Shown here: in pieces, positions 9,470 through 17,718 of the stretch
Position numbering within the stretch: the first letter of the stretch is position 1
How the letters are laid out: the number at the start of each line of letters is the position of its first letter
Assembly (NCBI GenBank): GCA_964620335.1
Contig: CAZUHR010000001.1
Location: 1-30,960, forward strand
Direction: 5' to 3'
DNA from: an uncultured Desulfobacteraceae bacterium
Lineage (GTDB): Bacteria; Desulfobacterota; DSM-4660; Desulfatiglandales; Desulfatiglandaceae
Length of the DNA: 30,960 nt
Notes under the pieces: generated by a model
What the model saw: only the letters and a program-made list of their open reading frames with translations
What the model was told of the DNA's origin: nothing
Database searches by the model: none
Translations under genes and position numbers: made by a program

Positions 9470-10156
9470 CTACTCCCTGAAACGATATCCTATACCTCTT
9501 ACCGTTTCAATATACCTGCTGGCAGGTCCCAGTTTTTTCCTGAGACCAACGATCTGAACATCCACCGCCCGATCAGTGACAAAGTAATCATCACCTCGCA
9601 CCGCATCCACAATTTGCGAGCGCGTAAACACCCATCCCGGTCTCCTTGCCAAATAACCCAGGATACCAAACTCCGTAAAGGTCAACTCAACGGGTTTACC
9701 CTCAACGAGCACCTCATGACGGCCGGGATGTATTACAAGATCATGAATTTTAAGAACCGATGACTCCTCTGCTGTTTCTTTTACCTTTCTGCGCAAAACC
9801 GCTCTTACCCTCGCAACCAAAATCCTTGGACTGAAAGGCTTGGTGATATAATCATCGGCTCCAAGTTCCAGGCCTGTGACGATATCCGCTTCTTCCCCCT
9901 TGGCTGTCAACATTATGATGGGAATGTCTCTGGTCCTGGAATCATTTCTAATTATCTTTGTGACTTCCAAGCCGTCTATTCCCGGAAGCATAAGATCCAG
10001 AACTATGAGGTCCGGAAGTTCGGATGAGGCCAACCTCCAAGCCTCTTCACCACTTGCGGCACCCATAACACTATACCCCTCTCTTGATAAGTTGAACCTC
10101 ACCAATTCAAGGATATCTTCTTCATCTTCTACAACAAGTATACGTTCCTTTGTCAT
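9470..10156 (-). CDS. phoB: OmpR/PhoB-family response regulator of the phosphate regulon
   Basis: Receiver (VVEDE, VLDLMLPG, MLTAK, DDYITKPF) plus winged helix (LTFTEF, RAVDVQIVGLRKKL, IETVRGIGYRF); paired with phoR near pst. Confidence 0.92.
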   Translation of the reverse strand: MTKERILVVEDEEDILELVRFNLSREGYSVMGAASGEEAWRLASSELPDLIVLDLMLPGIDGLEVTKIIRNDSRTRDIPIIMLTAKGEEADIVTGLELGADDYITKPFSPRILVARVRAVLRRKVKETAEESSVLKIHDLVIHPGRHEVLVEGKPVELTFTEFGILGYLARRPGWVFTRSQIVDAVRGDDYFVTDRAVDVQIVGLRKKLGPASRYIETVRGIGYRFRE

Positions 10157-10215
10157 GATGATATTCGTCTTTGGGACATATAGTGTTTCAAAATAAAAAA
10201 TTTTTAAACTTTAAT

Positions 10216-10244
10216 GTTAGTATTAGATTAGAATTGTGTAAATC
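10216..10244 (-). promoter_or_regulatory. Pho-box-like repeats upstream of phoB
   Basis: Minus strand GATTTAC-acaa-TTCTAAT-ctaa-TACTAAC (11-bp period). Shares the exact 13-mer tagattagaattg with the pstS promoter (10224-10236 vs 5000-5012). Confidence 0.55.
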
Positions 10245-10272
10245 TTTTATTAAGCAGGAAAAAAGCAGTGCT

Positions 10273-10749
10273 TTATCTTCTTACGACCCATCCTGACTTC
10301 ATAATCAGGAAAACAACTGCCATCAGAAGATACAACATCATAAAGCCCAGGTGAGAAATATCTATGAAAAGCGTAAAGCCGGGCGAAAAAACCACATCAG
10401 GCAGATTCTTCAAGACCCTGAAAATTCCGGTTATAATGATACCCCCCAGCATGGCAATTCGCACATAGGCCGAATATGTCAGACTGAATTCCTTTCTGCC
10501 CGAAAGTATGAAATCCATTATGACATAGGACAAAAGGCCCAAGAGAAAAATGGCACCGATGTAATGAATATAGTGAGTCAGATAAAAATCGGCTGACCAT
10601 CCCATCCCAGGAATATCGGATACGTAATAGCGTTTAAATATAGGCATCTGGCCAAATCCGGTAAATGCCATTAAAATGAAGGTCGCTATGTATATCCGGA
10701 ATAGGACTTTCCTGCCTCCTGACAAATTCCGGGTATCAATGGATTTCAT
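10273..10749 (-). CDS. Cytochrome b-like membrane protein (FdnI/b561-like), partner of the adjacent 4Fe-4S protein
   Basis: About four hydrophobic segments with His residues (THYIHY, DISHLG). Likely start MKSIDT at 10749 after a GA-rich RBS; the 10956 start in the ORF track overlaps the upstream gene and an intergenic repeat. Confidence 0.7.
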   Translation of the reverse strand: MKSIDTRNLSGGRKVLFRIYIATFILMAFTGFGQMPIFKRYYVSDIPGMGWSADFYLTHYIHYIGAIFLLGLLSYVIMDFILSGRKEFSLTYSAYVRIAMLGGIIITGIFRVLKNLPDVVFSPGFTLFIDISHLGFMMLYLLMAVVFLIMKSGWVVRR

Positions 10750-10819
10750 TTCCCCTTCCCCTCTGATCCCCCCTTGAATATTAAAGTTATTGCTGACATA
10801 TAAGTCTCGCCTTTCGGTT

Positions 10820-10870
10820 ATTTGAATTTGAACAATTTGAAAATTATTTCGAATTTCGATATTAGGATTC
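10820..10870. repeat. Degenerate ATTTCGA-type heptamer repeat patch
   Basis: atttcga-atttcga at 10846-10859 flanked by atttgaa-like units, in the gap between the FeS and cytochrome b genes. Confidence 0.35.
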
Positions 10871-10879
10871 TGTGCATCT

Positions 10880-11866
10880 CTAATCCCCTTTGTCACTAGA
10901 ACCCCATGGTATTTCACCTTTAGCGGATTTATAAGCTTTGCCCACTGCTGCTGCAATTCCAGCTATCGGCGCAATCATCATCGCCTTTGCCAGATTATCA
11001 GCATGGGCCATGGAATCTTCTACAGGTTTTAGATGCGGCTTCCCGGGACCTTTTTCAATAGCCTTATTCAGTTCCTCGAAAGGCACCGGAGAAACATAGA
11101 TCGTATTCGTTCCGCCGTTCTCCTTTTCACCATAGATATAACCGTTTATTTCTTTCACAATGGCATGGGCCTCTTTGAGAATTTCATCTCTGGGACCAAT
11201 CTTCTGTACATGCTCCGGACATACTTCAATGCAGGCAGGCAACTCTCCCTTTTCGATCCGATTATAGCAGCGGTCGCATTTATACATCACCCCATTTCCG
11301 GCAAATGAAGGCAGAATATCCAAGTACATTCCAACACCGGTCTGTCGCTCGGGAATATGCCAGGGACACACCACCTTACACTTTGAACCCCCGAGGCAGA
11401 CATCCGCATCAATCCGGGTGATCCCATTTTTCAATTTGCGCGCAGCACCCCATGGACATAGATCCGCACATGGAGGATTCTGGCAATGCATGCAGCGACG
11501 GGGAAAGGTAAAGGTCTCTTCCTTACCGTCTATGGTTACAGTAGCTTCCTGGATAAAGAGCCAGTTATAAGGCGTCAATCGATCTGTGACATCCCTCTTA
11601 TCAGACCAATCAGAAACCTTGACTCTGCCCGGATACATTTTAGGAAAGGGTTTTTTGGGTTCAGGAAATTTGTACCCGTTGACTTCACGGCATGCCTCGA
11701 CACACGCCCCACACCCAATGCATTTCCTGACATCAATAAGTGTTGCCAGCTCTTTCTGGTTGCTACCTCTTACAGCAGCAGGAAGCGGAACTGAGGAAGC
11801 GGCTATGACGCCTGCTGCAGCCAGGCCACCTTTGATGAATGATCTTCGCGAGATTTTTCCGGCCAT
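10880..11866 (-). CDS. Tat-exported four-cluster 4Fe-4S protein (DmsB/HybA/NrfC-like) with C-terminal membrane anchor
   Basis: SRRSFIK twin-arginine signal; CIGCGACVEAC, CMHCQNPPCADLCP, CLGGSKCKVVCP, CDRC...PACIEVCP; hydrophobic tail MMIAPIAGIAAAVG. Confidence 0.9.
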   Translation of the reverse strand: MAGKISRRSFIKGGLAAAGVIAASSVPLPAAVRGSNQKELATLIDVRKCIGCGACVEACREVNGYKFPEPKKPFPKMYPGRVKVSDWSDKRDVTDRLTPYNWLFIQEATVTIDGKEETFTFPRRCMHCQNPPCADLCPWGAARKLKNGITRIDADVCLGGSKCKVVCPWHIPERQTGVGMYLDILPSFAGNGVMYKCDRCYNRIEKGELPACIEVCPEHVQKIGPRDEILKEAHAIVKEINGYIYGEKENGGTNTIYVSPVPFEELNKAIEKGPGKPHLKPVEDSMAHADNLAKAMMIAPIAGIAAAVGKAYKSAKGEIPWGSSDKGD

Positions 11867-11892
11867 TGCAATATCTCTTTATACACCGGTGT

Positions 11893-12255
11893 CTAAAAAG
11901 TAAACACCTTGCACTCTGGATCCGTCATCATATCTACAAGGACACCACCACCAGATACCACAGAACCTTGAATGCATTCATCCGGAGATATCAGGCGTTT
12001 GTCGGCACAGGCCTCACATACATGTATCGGTGTTTTTTTCGCAATTAGCTTGTCTAAAAGATCTTTCATATCTTCTCCCGTCGAAGATCGGATTCCCTCC
12101 GCCATTCCTAATTGAGCCCAATGGACAGCATCGTCTATCAGAAAGACCACTACATGATGACCCTTTTCCGCAGCAATGCTTGCAAACTGAAATGCCCTCG
12201 TTGCAGCCCCTGATTTTTCAAACCCCTTGGAAATCACAAACACGAACTTTTTCAT
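11893..12255 (-). CDS. DsrE/DsrF-like (sulfurtransferase-fold) protein
   Basis: FVFVISKG...AFQFASIAAEKGHHVVVFLIDDAVHW...IHVCEACADKR pattern typical of the DsrE family. Confidence 0.85.
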   Translation of the reverse strand: MKKFVFVISKGFEKSGAATRAFQFASIAAEKGHHVVVFLIDDAVHWAQLGMAEGIRSSTGEDMKDLLDKLIAKKTPIHVCEACADKRLISPDECIQGSVVSGGGVLVDMMTDPECKVFTF

Positions 12256-12432
12256 CTCCCTATTCTCCTCAAATTAATGATTTTGCCCTCACTACAAAGG
12301 CTAGGACCCGACACCTAATCTTTACTATAATGATAGCAAAAAGGCTATAAGGTTACAAAGTTGAGTGAAATAATCATGGGCATTGGGGACCAAATATCAG
12401 TCTTTTGGGGAAAAGCCGATACAGGAGGATGT

Positions 12433-12678
12433 CTATTTCGTTCTCCGGTTGAGTAATTGCCTAAGATTTGATCTCAGGCGCTCGCGAATATAAGATGGCA
12501 CCGTCTCCTTTCCCGCCTCTTTGCACAGTTGGATAGTCTTTTTTAGGGAATCAAGGCATTCCCGGCATTCCCGGCATTCTTTAAGGTGGGTTTCGATTTC
12601 ATAGCAGATCTCATCATCCAATTCACCATTCAAGTATTCTGATATTCTTTCAAAATATTTCTTACAGTCCTCCTTCAT
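12433..12678 (-). CDS. Zinc-binding anti-sigma factor (zf-HC2/ZAS), soluble
   Basis: C...ISEYLNGEL...HLKECRECREC motif; 4-nt overlap with the ECF sigma gene; no TM segment. Confidence 0.88.
   Translation of the reverse strand: MKEDCKKYFERISEYLNGELDDEICYEIETHLKECRECRECLDSLKKTIQLCKEAGKETVPSYIRERLRSNLRQLLNRRTK
12555..12579. repeat. 9-bp in-frame tandem repeat in the anti-sigma gene (encodes ECRECREC)
   Basis: ggcattccc ggcattccc ggcattc. Confidence 0.8.
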
Positions 12679-13283
12679 TGGATCTTCCCCTCTACATAAT
12701 GATTCGATATCTTTTTCCTCAAGAATAAGCGTGCGCGGTGCAATCTTGTCTTGACCGATTGTACGGATATTCCAAGAATTTCGGCCGTCTCTTCCGTGTT
12801 GAAACCCTCAATATCTCTAAGGTTAAAGACCAAGCGATATTTAGTCGGAAGAGATAGTATGGCGGCATCGATCACCTGTTTCAACTCGGAACGCAGAACA
12901 TTATCAGAGGGGTCATCAGACCAGTCCGGTATCTCGTATCTGGCATGGTTGCCGTTCTCATGGACAAAAGAATCTAATGATAATTCTTTTTCCGGTTCAC
13001 ACTTTTTCTTCCTCCGCTTCCTGATACAGGCCCTTGCTGCAATCTTAAAAAGCCAGTTTCTTAGCTTGGCCTCTTCCCTGAATCTATCCAGATATCTAAA
13101 TGCATTCAAAAATGTCTCCTGTGCAATATCTTCAGCATCCTGTACATGACCGCACATCTTCAACCCGAAGGTAAACACCTGGTTCTCATATCGCTCCACA
13201 ATCTTCTCCATGGCCTCTATGGAACCTGCCTTAAATTCGGCGATTAAATTATGATCGCTGGTTTCATCAGCCGTTCGGTTCAT
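12675..13283 (-). CDS. ECF (sigma-70 group 4) RNA polymerase sigma factor
   Basis: Region 2 DAEDIAQETFLNAF...WLFKIA; region 4 LPTKYRLVFNLRDIEGFNTEETAEILGISVQSVKTRLHRAR. Confidence 0.95.
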   Translation of the reverse strand: MNRTADETSDHNLIAEFKAGSIEAMEKIVERYENQVFTFGLKMCGHVQDAEDIAQETFLNAFRYLDRFREEAKLRNWLFKIAARACIRKRRKKKCEPEKELSLDSFVHENGNHARYEIPDWSDDPSDNVLRSELKQVIDAAILSLPTKYRLVFNLRDIEGFNTEETAEILGISVQSVKTRLHRARLFLRKKISNHYVEGKIQ

Positions 13284-13471
13284 GCCAAACCTGGTGTCTT
13301 ATGTCGTAAATTCGCATACTTACATCATTTAGTCTATAGGCCTTATTATAGCCCGCATTTATACCGAGGCACAAGGCGCAAGGGCTGTGAAATGCACATG
13401 CTATCCTTCTATTCCTTGGGCCTTTTGTCTGTGATCAGGCATGGTTGGTACCGCAATATGTAGGATGCAGA

Positions 13472-14173
13472 CTACTCATTTTTGCTTTCATCCATCCTGC
13501 CAAGTTCTGCAAGTTCTTCCAGTCCGTCGCGATTGAGCAACTTTATCTTGCGACCGTCCACTTCAATTAAGCCTAGCTCCGTCATCCTCGCAAAAATTCG
13601 CGACAGTGTCTCCGGGATTGTACCAAGAAGGCTTGCAAGCTGTCCCTTTGAAATATTTAGAATTACACTGTCTTCAGTTTCCTCTTCATCTACAAGGTAA
13701 ATCAGATATCCGGCCAAACGGCCCGGGACCTCTTTTAGTGAGAGATTTTCTACCTGAACAGTGAATGCGCGAAGCCTCATCGAAAGAACCGCCAACATGT
13801 TCATTGCCAAAGACGGAATCCTGGTTATAAGGTCAACAAATGCCGCCCTTGGGAAAAACAAGACATGGCTTTTGGCAATTGCCTGTGCGCTCGCAGGATA
13901 CGACCGGCCCGCATAAACAGCAACCTGGCCGAACGGCTCTCCTGGTCCGTAAATATGGAGAATCTGTTCCTTTCCTTCTGCTGAGACCTTAAATATTTTT
14001 ACAAGCCCTTCCACAACCACATAAAAACCCTTCCCTTCGTCCCTATCCGAAAAAATGATCTTACCCTTGTTGAACCACCTGCCAACAGCAATATTTTTTA
14101 TTTCATTTAGCTGGTTTTCAGGAAGGCCGCTGAAGCTGGGAACGCGTGATATTATATCCAGAAATGTTTCCAT
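13472..14173 (-). CDS. Crp/Fnr-family transcriptional regulator (HcpR/Dnr-like)
   Basis: cNMP-binding fold (GLVKIFKVSAEGKEQILHIYGPGEPFG); HTH SKGQLASLLGTIPETLSRIF; lacks the FNR N-terminal Cys cluster. Confidence 0.92.
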   Translation of the reverse strand: METFLDIISRVPSFSGLPENQLNEIKNIAVGRWFNKGKIIFSDRDEGKGFYVVVEGLVKIFKVSAEGKEQILHIYGPGEPFGQVAVYAGRSYPASAQAIAKSHVLFFPRAAFVDLITRIPSLAMNMLAVLSMRLRAFTVQVENLSLKEVPGRLAGYLIYLVDEEETEDSVILNISKGQLASLLGTIPETLSRIFARMTELGLIEVDGRKIKLLNRDGLEELAELGRMDESKNE

Positions 14174-14477
14174 AATAACAAGTCTAATTCTTCGGTCTCA
14201 AGCCCTGCACTACTCGTTTCGCAACGCTTCAATGTGGGGTCGAGACGGGCCGGATTTTTTAATTTGAGGCATAGCCAATTATCCGGTTAATCAATTGATA
14301 AAGTGAGTTAAATTGACTTTTAATAAATATATAACCAAGTGATCTTATGGTCAATTTAAAAACAGATGAAGCAAACAGGGACCTCAGGTACCGGTCGTCA
14401 AAGAAATTTACAAGGGGTTGCATTTGATTTCCTGGTTCGATATCCTTAAAATTAGGTTCATCTTCAAACCCAGAACC

Positions 14478-14520
14478 CCTGCTTGTGGCAGACAGGCCTG
14501 CCCGCCTTACGGCAGGCGGG
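14478..14520. repeat. Two tandem REP-like GC-rich palindromes (CCTGCC...GGCAGG type)
   Basis: cctgcttgtggcagacagg followed directly by cctgcccgccttacggcaggcggg. Confidence 0.5.
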
Positions 14521-14535
14521 CTTTCTCCCAACTAA

Positions 14536-14564
14536 TTGGGAGAAGAACCAAAAAATATTATAAT
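14536..14564 (+). promoter_or_regulatory. Possible sigma-70 promoter for the molybdoenzyme gene
   Basis: TTGGGA-N17-TATAAT about 95 bp upstream of the ATG; the -35 match is weak. Confidence 0.3.
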
Positions 14565-14658
14565 CATGATGTATAAGGTCGGATAACGATTTAAAAAAAT
14601 TTTAGGATATAAAAAGGCTTATTGCCTAATATGAATGAAGAAAGGATAGGATTTCCAA

Positions 14659-16737
14659 ATGGCCCAAAATATTCGTTGGATAAAGACTCATTGCGCAAGG
14701 ATGGACCATGGCGGATGTGCATTGCTTGTAGGAGTGAAGGATAACAGGATTATCAAGGTCAAAGGTGACCCGGATGGCTATTTAAACAAGGGTTACATAT
14801 GCCCAAAAGGTCTCGCTTCGCCTGACCGCCTCACCCATCCCGACCGCCTCAAACATCCCCTTAAAAGAACGGGAAAAAGGGGTGAGGGAAAATGGACGAG
14901 GATTTCCTGGCAAGAGGCTCTTGAGGAAATAGCAGAAAACCTGCACAGGATAAAAGAAAAATACGGCGCGAGATCGGTTGCATTTGGCCTTGGCATGCCT
15001 AAAGGTCTGGAGCACTTTGTCTTGATCCGTCTGGCCAATCTTTTTGGCTCCCCCAATGTTATCACCTCTCAAGATGTATGTCATGCACCTCGTGAGATAA
15101 CTGGCCTCCACACCTGCGGCTTCTATCCTGTGGCTGACTTGCATCACAGAAGCAAGCTCATTCTTTTATGGGCGAGCAACATAACCTCCACCAACGAAGA
15201 GGGTGAGATAAACAGCATGCTCTTAAGACAATTAAAAAACAGAGCAGAACTGATAGTTATTGACCCGAGAAAGATTGATTTGGTCACAAGGTCCAAAAAA
15301 TGGCTTCAAGTAAGGCCCGGAACGGACCATGCACTGGCACTGGGACTTTTAAATGTCATTATCGAAGAGTCTTTATACGATAAGAACTTCGTTGAAAAGT
15401 GGACCTACGGGTTTGAAGATCTTAAAAATCATGTAAGAAAATACACCCCTGAAAAAGTATCTGAGATAACCTGGGTCCCACCCGACCTCATAAGGGAGAC
15501 GGCGAAACTTTATGCAATATCAAAACCGGCTGTGATCCAATGGGGAAATCCAATTGAACACAACATCCATACATTTCATATAGCAAGGGCATTGATCTGT
15601 CTGATGGCCATATGTGGTAATCTCGACATTCCAGGCGGCAACGTTCAGGCGAAAGACCCGAAGATCATGGGCCTGGGCCCTTTTGTACGGGCCGATCTCT
15701 TCCCAAACAAATGGAAAGAGATGATCAGCACCTATTATCATACCATACCCAGATTAATGACCACTCCCCCTGCCTTTTTCAGAAAGGCGATACTTGAAGG
15801 GATCCCTTATCCGGTTAAAGGATTCTACGCCATGTGTGCAAATCCAATGTTGTCTTATGCGGACAGCAGGCAAACCTATGAGGCGTTCTTGAACCTTGAT
15901 TTTATTGCTATTGCCGATTTATTTATGACTCCAACCACAGCAATGGCGGATATTGTATTACCGGTTGCAACCCAGTTCGAATTTAACGATATCGGCCACT
16001 TCGGCCTCGGTCACGGTTTTATTCTGGCCCGGCCTAAGGTGGTTGAGCCTCCGGAAGAATGCTGGCCCGACATGAAGATACTAAACGAATTGGGAAAGCT
16101 TATCACTCCTGCCGAATACTGGCATGATGATTATAGCGGGTTTTTAGAAGATGTTCTCAAGCCAAGCGGCCTGACATTCGACCAGTTCGTTGAAAAGGGC
16201 TATCTGAAAGGCCCTGAAACATACAAGGGTTATGAAGAAACGGCCTTTAGAACGCCCACCGGCAAGGTAGAGCTTAAATTGAGTACGGCCGAGAAATTCA
16301 AGCTTCCCCCATTGCCTGAATTTGATGGCCTTCCGGAAGAAGATAGTGCGGAATATCCTCTCGTACTAACAAGCTCCAAAAGCCAATATTTCCTCCATTC
16401 ATCCTACAGGTGGGTAAAAAGACTACGAGAAAAAAGACCGGATCCAAAGGCTGAAATCCACCCGGAGACTGCTTCAAAACACAGAATCAAAGAAGGCGAT
16501 CCTGTTGTTATTGAAACCAGGTACGGCAAGATAACCCATATTGCGCATCTTACAGATATTGTGGATCCAAGGGTAATAAGCGCCTCACATGGATGGTGGT
16601 TCCCTGAAGCCAATGCGGAGTCGCTCTTTGATTGGGAAAGATCCAACTTCAACATGCTCACCTCCACGGAGAAACTGAGCAAACAGTTTGGCACTCCCAA
16701 CCTCAAAGGAATCGGCTGCAGGATAAGGAGGAATTAA
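14659..16737 (+). CDS. Molybdopterin (bis-MGD) oxidoreductase, DMSO-reductase superfamily, acetylene-hydratase-like branch; no export signal
   Basis: N-terminal FeS region THCARMDHGGC...GYICPKG, DRLKHPLKRTGKRGEG.W.RISW.EAL, VIDPR, VRPGTD.ALALG, ADIVLPVA, FRTPTGKVEL, C-terminal YPLVLTS...HSSYR...EIHPETA...HGWW. Confidence 0.9.
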   Translation: MAQNIRWIKTHCARMDHGGCALLVGVKDNRIIKVKGDPDGYLNKGYICPKGLASPDRLTHPDRLKHPLKRTGKRGEGKWTRISWQEALEEIAENLHRIKEKYGARSVAFGLGMPKGLEHFVLIRLANLFGSPNVITSQDVCHAPREITGLHTCGFYPVADLHHRSKLILLWASNITSTNEEGEINSMLLRQLKNRAELIVIDPRKIDLVTRSKKWLQVRPGTDHALALGLLNVIIEESLYDKNFVEKWTYGFEDLKNHVRKYTPEKVSEITWVPPDLIRETAKLYAISKPAVIQWGNPIEHNIHTFHIARALICLMAICGNLDIPGGNVQAKDPKIMGLGPFVRADLFPNKWKEMISTYYHTIPRLMTTPPAFFRKAILEGIPYPVKGFYAMCANPMLSYADSRQTYEAFLNLDFIAIADLFMTPTTAMADIVLPVATQFEFNDIGHFGLGHGFILARPKVVEPPEECWPDMKILNELGKLITPAEYWHDDYSGFLEDVLKPSGLTFDQFVEKGYLKGPETYKGYEETAFRTPTGKVELKLSTAEKFKLPPLPEFDGLPEEDSAEYPLVLTSSKSQYFLHSSYRWVKRLREKRPDPKAEIHPETASKHRIKEGDPVVIETRYGKITHIAHLTDIVDPRVISASHGWWFPEANAESLFDWERSNFNMLTSTEKLSKQFGTPNLKGIGCRIRRN

Positions 16738-16931
16738 TATCCTGAATAAGTTTTATAGACACAAACCAACCTTTCGCGATATATCCTGTTTTATGGTTAC
16801 GAAAGTTTAGTTTTAGTATACATTGCAAACAGGATGCGTCATGCTTATATTTTTTAAATGGTATGTCTTCGGCCCCAAGCAGTTTTATTGACCAATTTAT
16901 CTTGCCAGATCGTAACATAACGGGTCTGTTT

Positions 16932-17717
16932 ATGAATCGATATTATACCTTTAAACATGCATTCATTTTTTCTTGCTTGGCCCTTCTGCTAATATTAGTT
17001 GCAACTCCGGCACAGGCAGATCAACCCATTCCAAAGCCAAGGGGGCTTGTCAATGATTTTGCCAATGTCATTCCATCGGCTTATGAGCAAAAGATTGCTG
17101 TGATCACACAGGAACTTCTTCAAAAAACCGGCGTTCCCGTGGTTGTTGTGACCATGCCTGATATTGGAGATGCGGAGTACAACGATTATGCCAACCGCCT
17201 GTATAGCGCATGGGGAATTGGCAAAAAAGGGGAGGATAAAGGGGTTCTGATCTTTGTTACAATCAAAGAAAGAAAGATGCGTATCGAGACCGGCTACGGC
17301 GTTGAAGGCATCCTGCCTGATGGTCTGGTGGGTGAGATACGGGATAATTATATAACCCCCTATCTGAAACAAAACAAGTTCGGGGAAGGGTTACTCAACG
17401 GGACCATTGCTGTGGCACAGGTCATTGCAAAAGGTTCCGGCGTCGAGCTGACCGGTCAGCCGCCTGTCAGGGTCTCCAAAAAACGAAAGTCCGGATACTC
17501 GTTATTCCCCCTTATATTCATCATTCTGATCTTTATTTTCGCCTCACGACGCCGCGGCGGGTCCTGGCTGTTGTTTCCGCTATTGCTCATGGGTATGGGC
17601 GGAGGAGGCAGGTACGGCAGCGGTGGTTTTGGAGGGAGTTTCGGCGGATTTGGAGGTGGGTTCGGTGGATTTGGAGGTGGCATGAGCGGCGGCGGCGGAG
17701 CCGGAGGAGGATTTTAG
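16932..17717 (+). CDS. TPM (TLP18.3/Psb32/MOLO-1) domain membrane protein with Gly-rich C-terminal tail
   Basis: Signal peptide, VNDFANVI, WGIGKKGEDKGVL, RIETGYGVEGILPD, TM segment, GGFGGFGGGMSGGGGAGGGF end. Start set at MNRYY (16932). Confidence 0.92.
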   Translation: MNRYYTFKHAFIFSCLALLLILVATPAQADQPIPKPRGLVNDFANVIPSAYEQKIAVITQELLQKTGVPVVVVTMPDIGDAEYNDYANRLYSAWGIGKKGEDKGVLIFVTIKERKMRIETGYGVEGILPDGLVGEIRDNYITPYLKQNKFGEGLLNGTIAVAQVIAKGSGVELTGQPPVRVSKKRKSGYSLFPLIFIILIFIFASRRRGGSWLLFPLLLMGMGGGGRYGSGGFGGSFGGFGGGFGGFGGGMSGGGGAGGGF

Positions 17718-17718
17718 T

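Noticed and set aside
10750-10956. N-terminal extension of the cytochrome-b-like ORF
   Set aside because: It overlaps the FeS gene and translates the intergenic heptamer patch; a better start with an RBS is at 10749.
14259-14531. 90-aa minus-strand ORF in the divergent intergenic region
   Set aside because: Its start runs through the REP-like palindromes and its end through AT-rich promoter DNA; no family recognised. The middle part could be a gene remnant, but this needs BLASTx.
14174-14658. Moco/tungsten riboswitch or Crp/Fnr box upstream of the molybdoenzyme
   Set aside because: No convincing riboswitch core; the best dyad (GTGA-N8-TCAA near 14339) has the wrong spacing for a Crp/Fnr site.
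16776-16802. ModE-box-like sequence (CGATATAT...TACG)
   Set aside because: Spacing and the right half-site do not fit, and it lies downstream of the Mo enzyme gene rather than upstream.
17595-17717. GGN-rich repeats at the end of the TPM gene as a repeat array or CRISPR
   Set aside because: They simply encode the Gly-rich tail typical of this family; there are no spacers.
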